Assembly (NCBI GenBank): GCA_910592345.1
Contig: CAJVPI010000287.1
Location: forward strand, 1-36,618
Reading direction: 5' to 3'
Length of the DNA stretch: 36,618 nucleotides
DNA from: Paraglomus brasilianum
Taxonomy: Eukaryota
Below, in pieces: positions 35,567 through 36,618 of the stretch. A model generated the notes under the pieces. It saw nothing but the letters and a program-made list of their open reading frames with translations, did not search any database and was not told the DNA's origin. How positions within the stretch are numbered: the first letter of the stretch is position 1; every line of letters begins with the position of its first letter. A program made the position numbers and the translations under genes.

Positions 35567-36618
35567 GAACGTGGGACCGAACAAGTACAGCCATTAATGA
35601 TGGTCAAAAAAAATGGTACGTCGAAACATAAATTTTCAGGAATACAGTACTTATTAGGGACGGATATTTGTGGGAAGAGCTCTCCTTACTATTTCTACCA
35701 TTTGTTACATAATCAGTCAGCAGAAATGTATTTATCGAAGAAGTGGCACGCAATACCTGACCGTGCTATTAGCGAGATTATACGGTTTAATTGAAACATT
35801 GCTGGGGATCACTAGAAAAACAAGTCGTCACTTGAGTATGTACTTTCTTTTTTTTCCAATTCTTTTTTTAAGCCTTAGACGTTTCCATCGCTTGAACTTT
35901 TCGTAATCGATAAATAAGTATTCTGTATGACATCTCACAGATCCATATCTTTCCTGTAGAAATAAACAATGTACCAGTATTGCAAATTGACGCTGGTGCG
36001 ATCTGAACAGAGATCCATACTGTGTAGGTTTAATTCATACAATACGCGAGTTAGACGGGCAGAGCCATATAAACAGACACTATAGTTAGTTCAATATTAT
36101 TTTCATAGATCACAGTATAGCGATTTTTCTTTTTCTCTATTGTGAGGGAGTTGCCTTCATTTGTAATCTTCAAATAATAATGAAGTCATTCTGCATCAAT
36201 AAAATACACACTCACCCAATATGTTAGAATGATTGTAGAAGCTCCGGTTGTAAGATTTCCTCGAAAAAGCTAAGGGATCGCGACCTTCCAAAGAGCAGAT
36301 TTTTACATTATTGTTATTATTTGGTCAATGCCTCTAACGTCTAGGCTCCCCCTATAAGAAAAACAACAAGACACCATCCAATAATATGCATCGCCAGTAA
36401 AGACCCTGATCACACAACTCGGTTGGAAGATGCACAGAGCATTTTTGATTACATTATGTACCATAAATTGAAAGGTTGGCTCCTGACGTTTTCACAGCCT
36501 CTTGATCGCTTCTAGATGTAATAGAATAAAACAATAGTTATTCAGAAATGACATTACACACCAATTCCGTATCTCGTTCCAATTCAGGCTAAACCCTCTT
36601 TTCAAACTTGCTAGATCA

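Noticed and set aside
36170..36380. Minus-strand ALWKVAIP motif reminiscent of a Crinkler N-terminal domain
   Set aside because: Single short motif surrounded by stops; not enough to call.

Overview
Intron-rich, AT-rich nuclear DNA from an early-diverging fungus, most likely Glomeromycotina (arbuscular mycorrhizal); this is inferred from the gene families and repeat types. I reconstructed eight spliced host genes by hand: complex I subunit NDUFA5 (+), the SNARE VTI1 (-), a ~20-exon Diaphanous-related formin (+), a TLC-domain membrane protein (+), a three-domain gelsolin/fragmin-type protein (+), tRNA-splicing endonuclease SEN2 (-), a Chs4/Skt5-like Sel1-repeat protein with a 95-codon Gln-rich tract and C-terminal CCIQ (-), and a YdfG/YMR226C-like SDR (+). 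A kinase-family-like ORF runs off the left edge. Between these genes lie transposon relics: a pogo/CENP-B fragment, a 671-bp TIR element nested in another decayed ORF, a near-complete DD34E Tc1, and a truncated IS607-derived Fanzor/TnpB relic. The main observations are (1) two minor-spliceosome (U12) AT-AC introns, one in the formin and one in the SDR, (2) the Fanzor relic, whose N-terminus still carries an IS607 serine-recombinase trace in an overlapping frame, and (3) the hairpin-ended nested TIR element, whose empty site can be reconstructed. No database searches were run; family assignments rest on recognised motifs.
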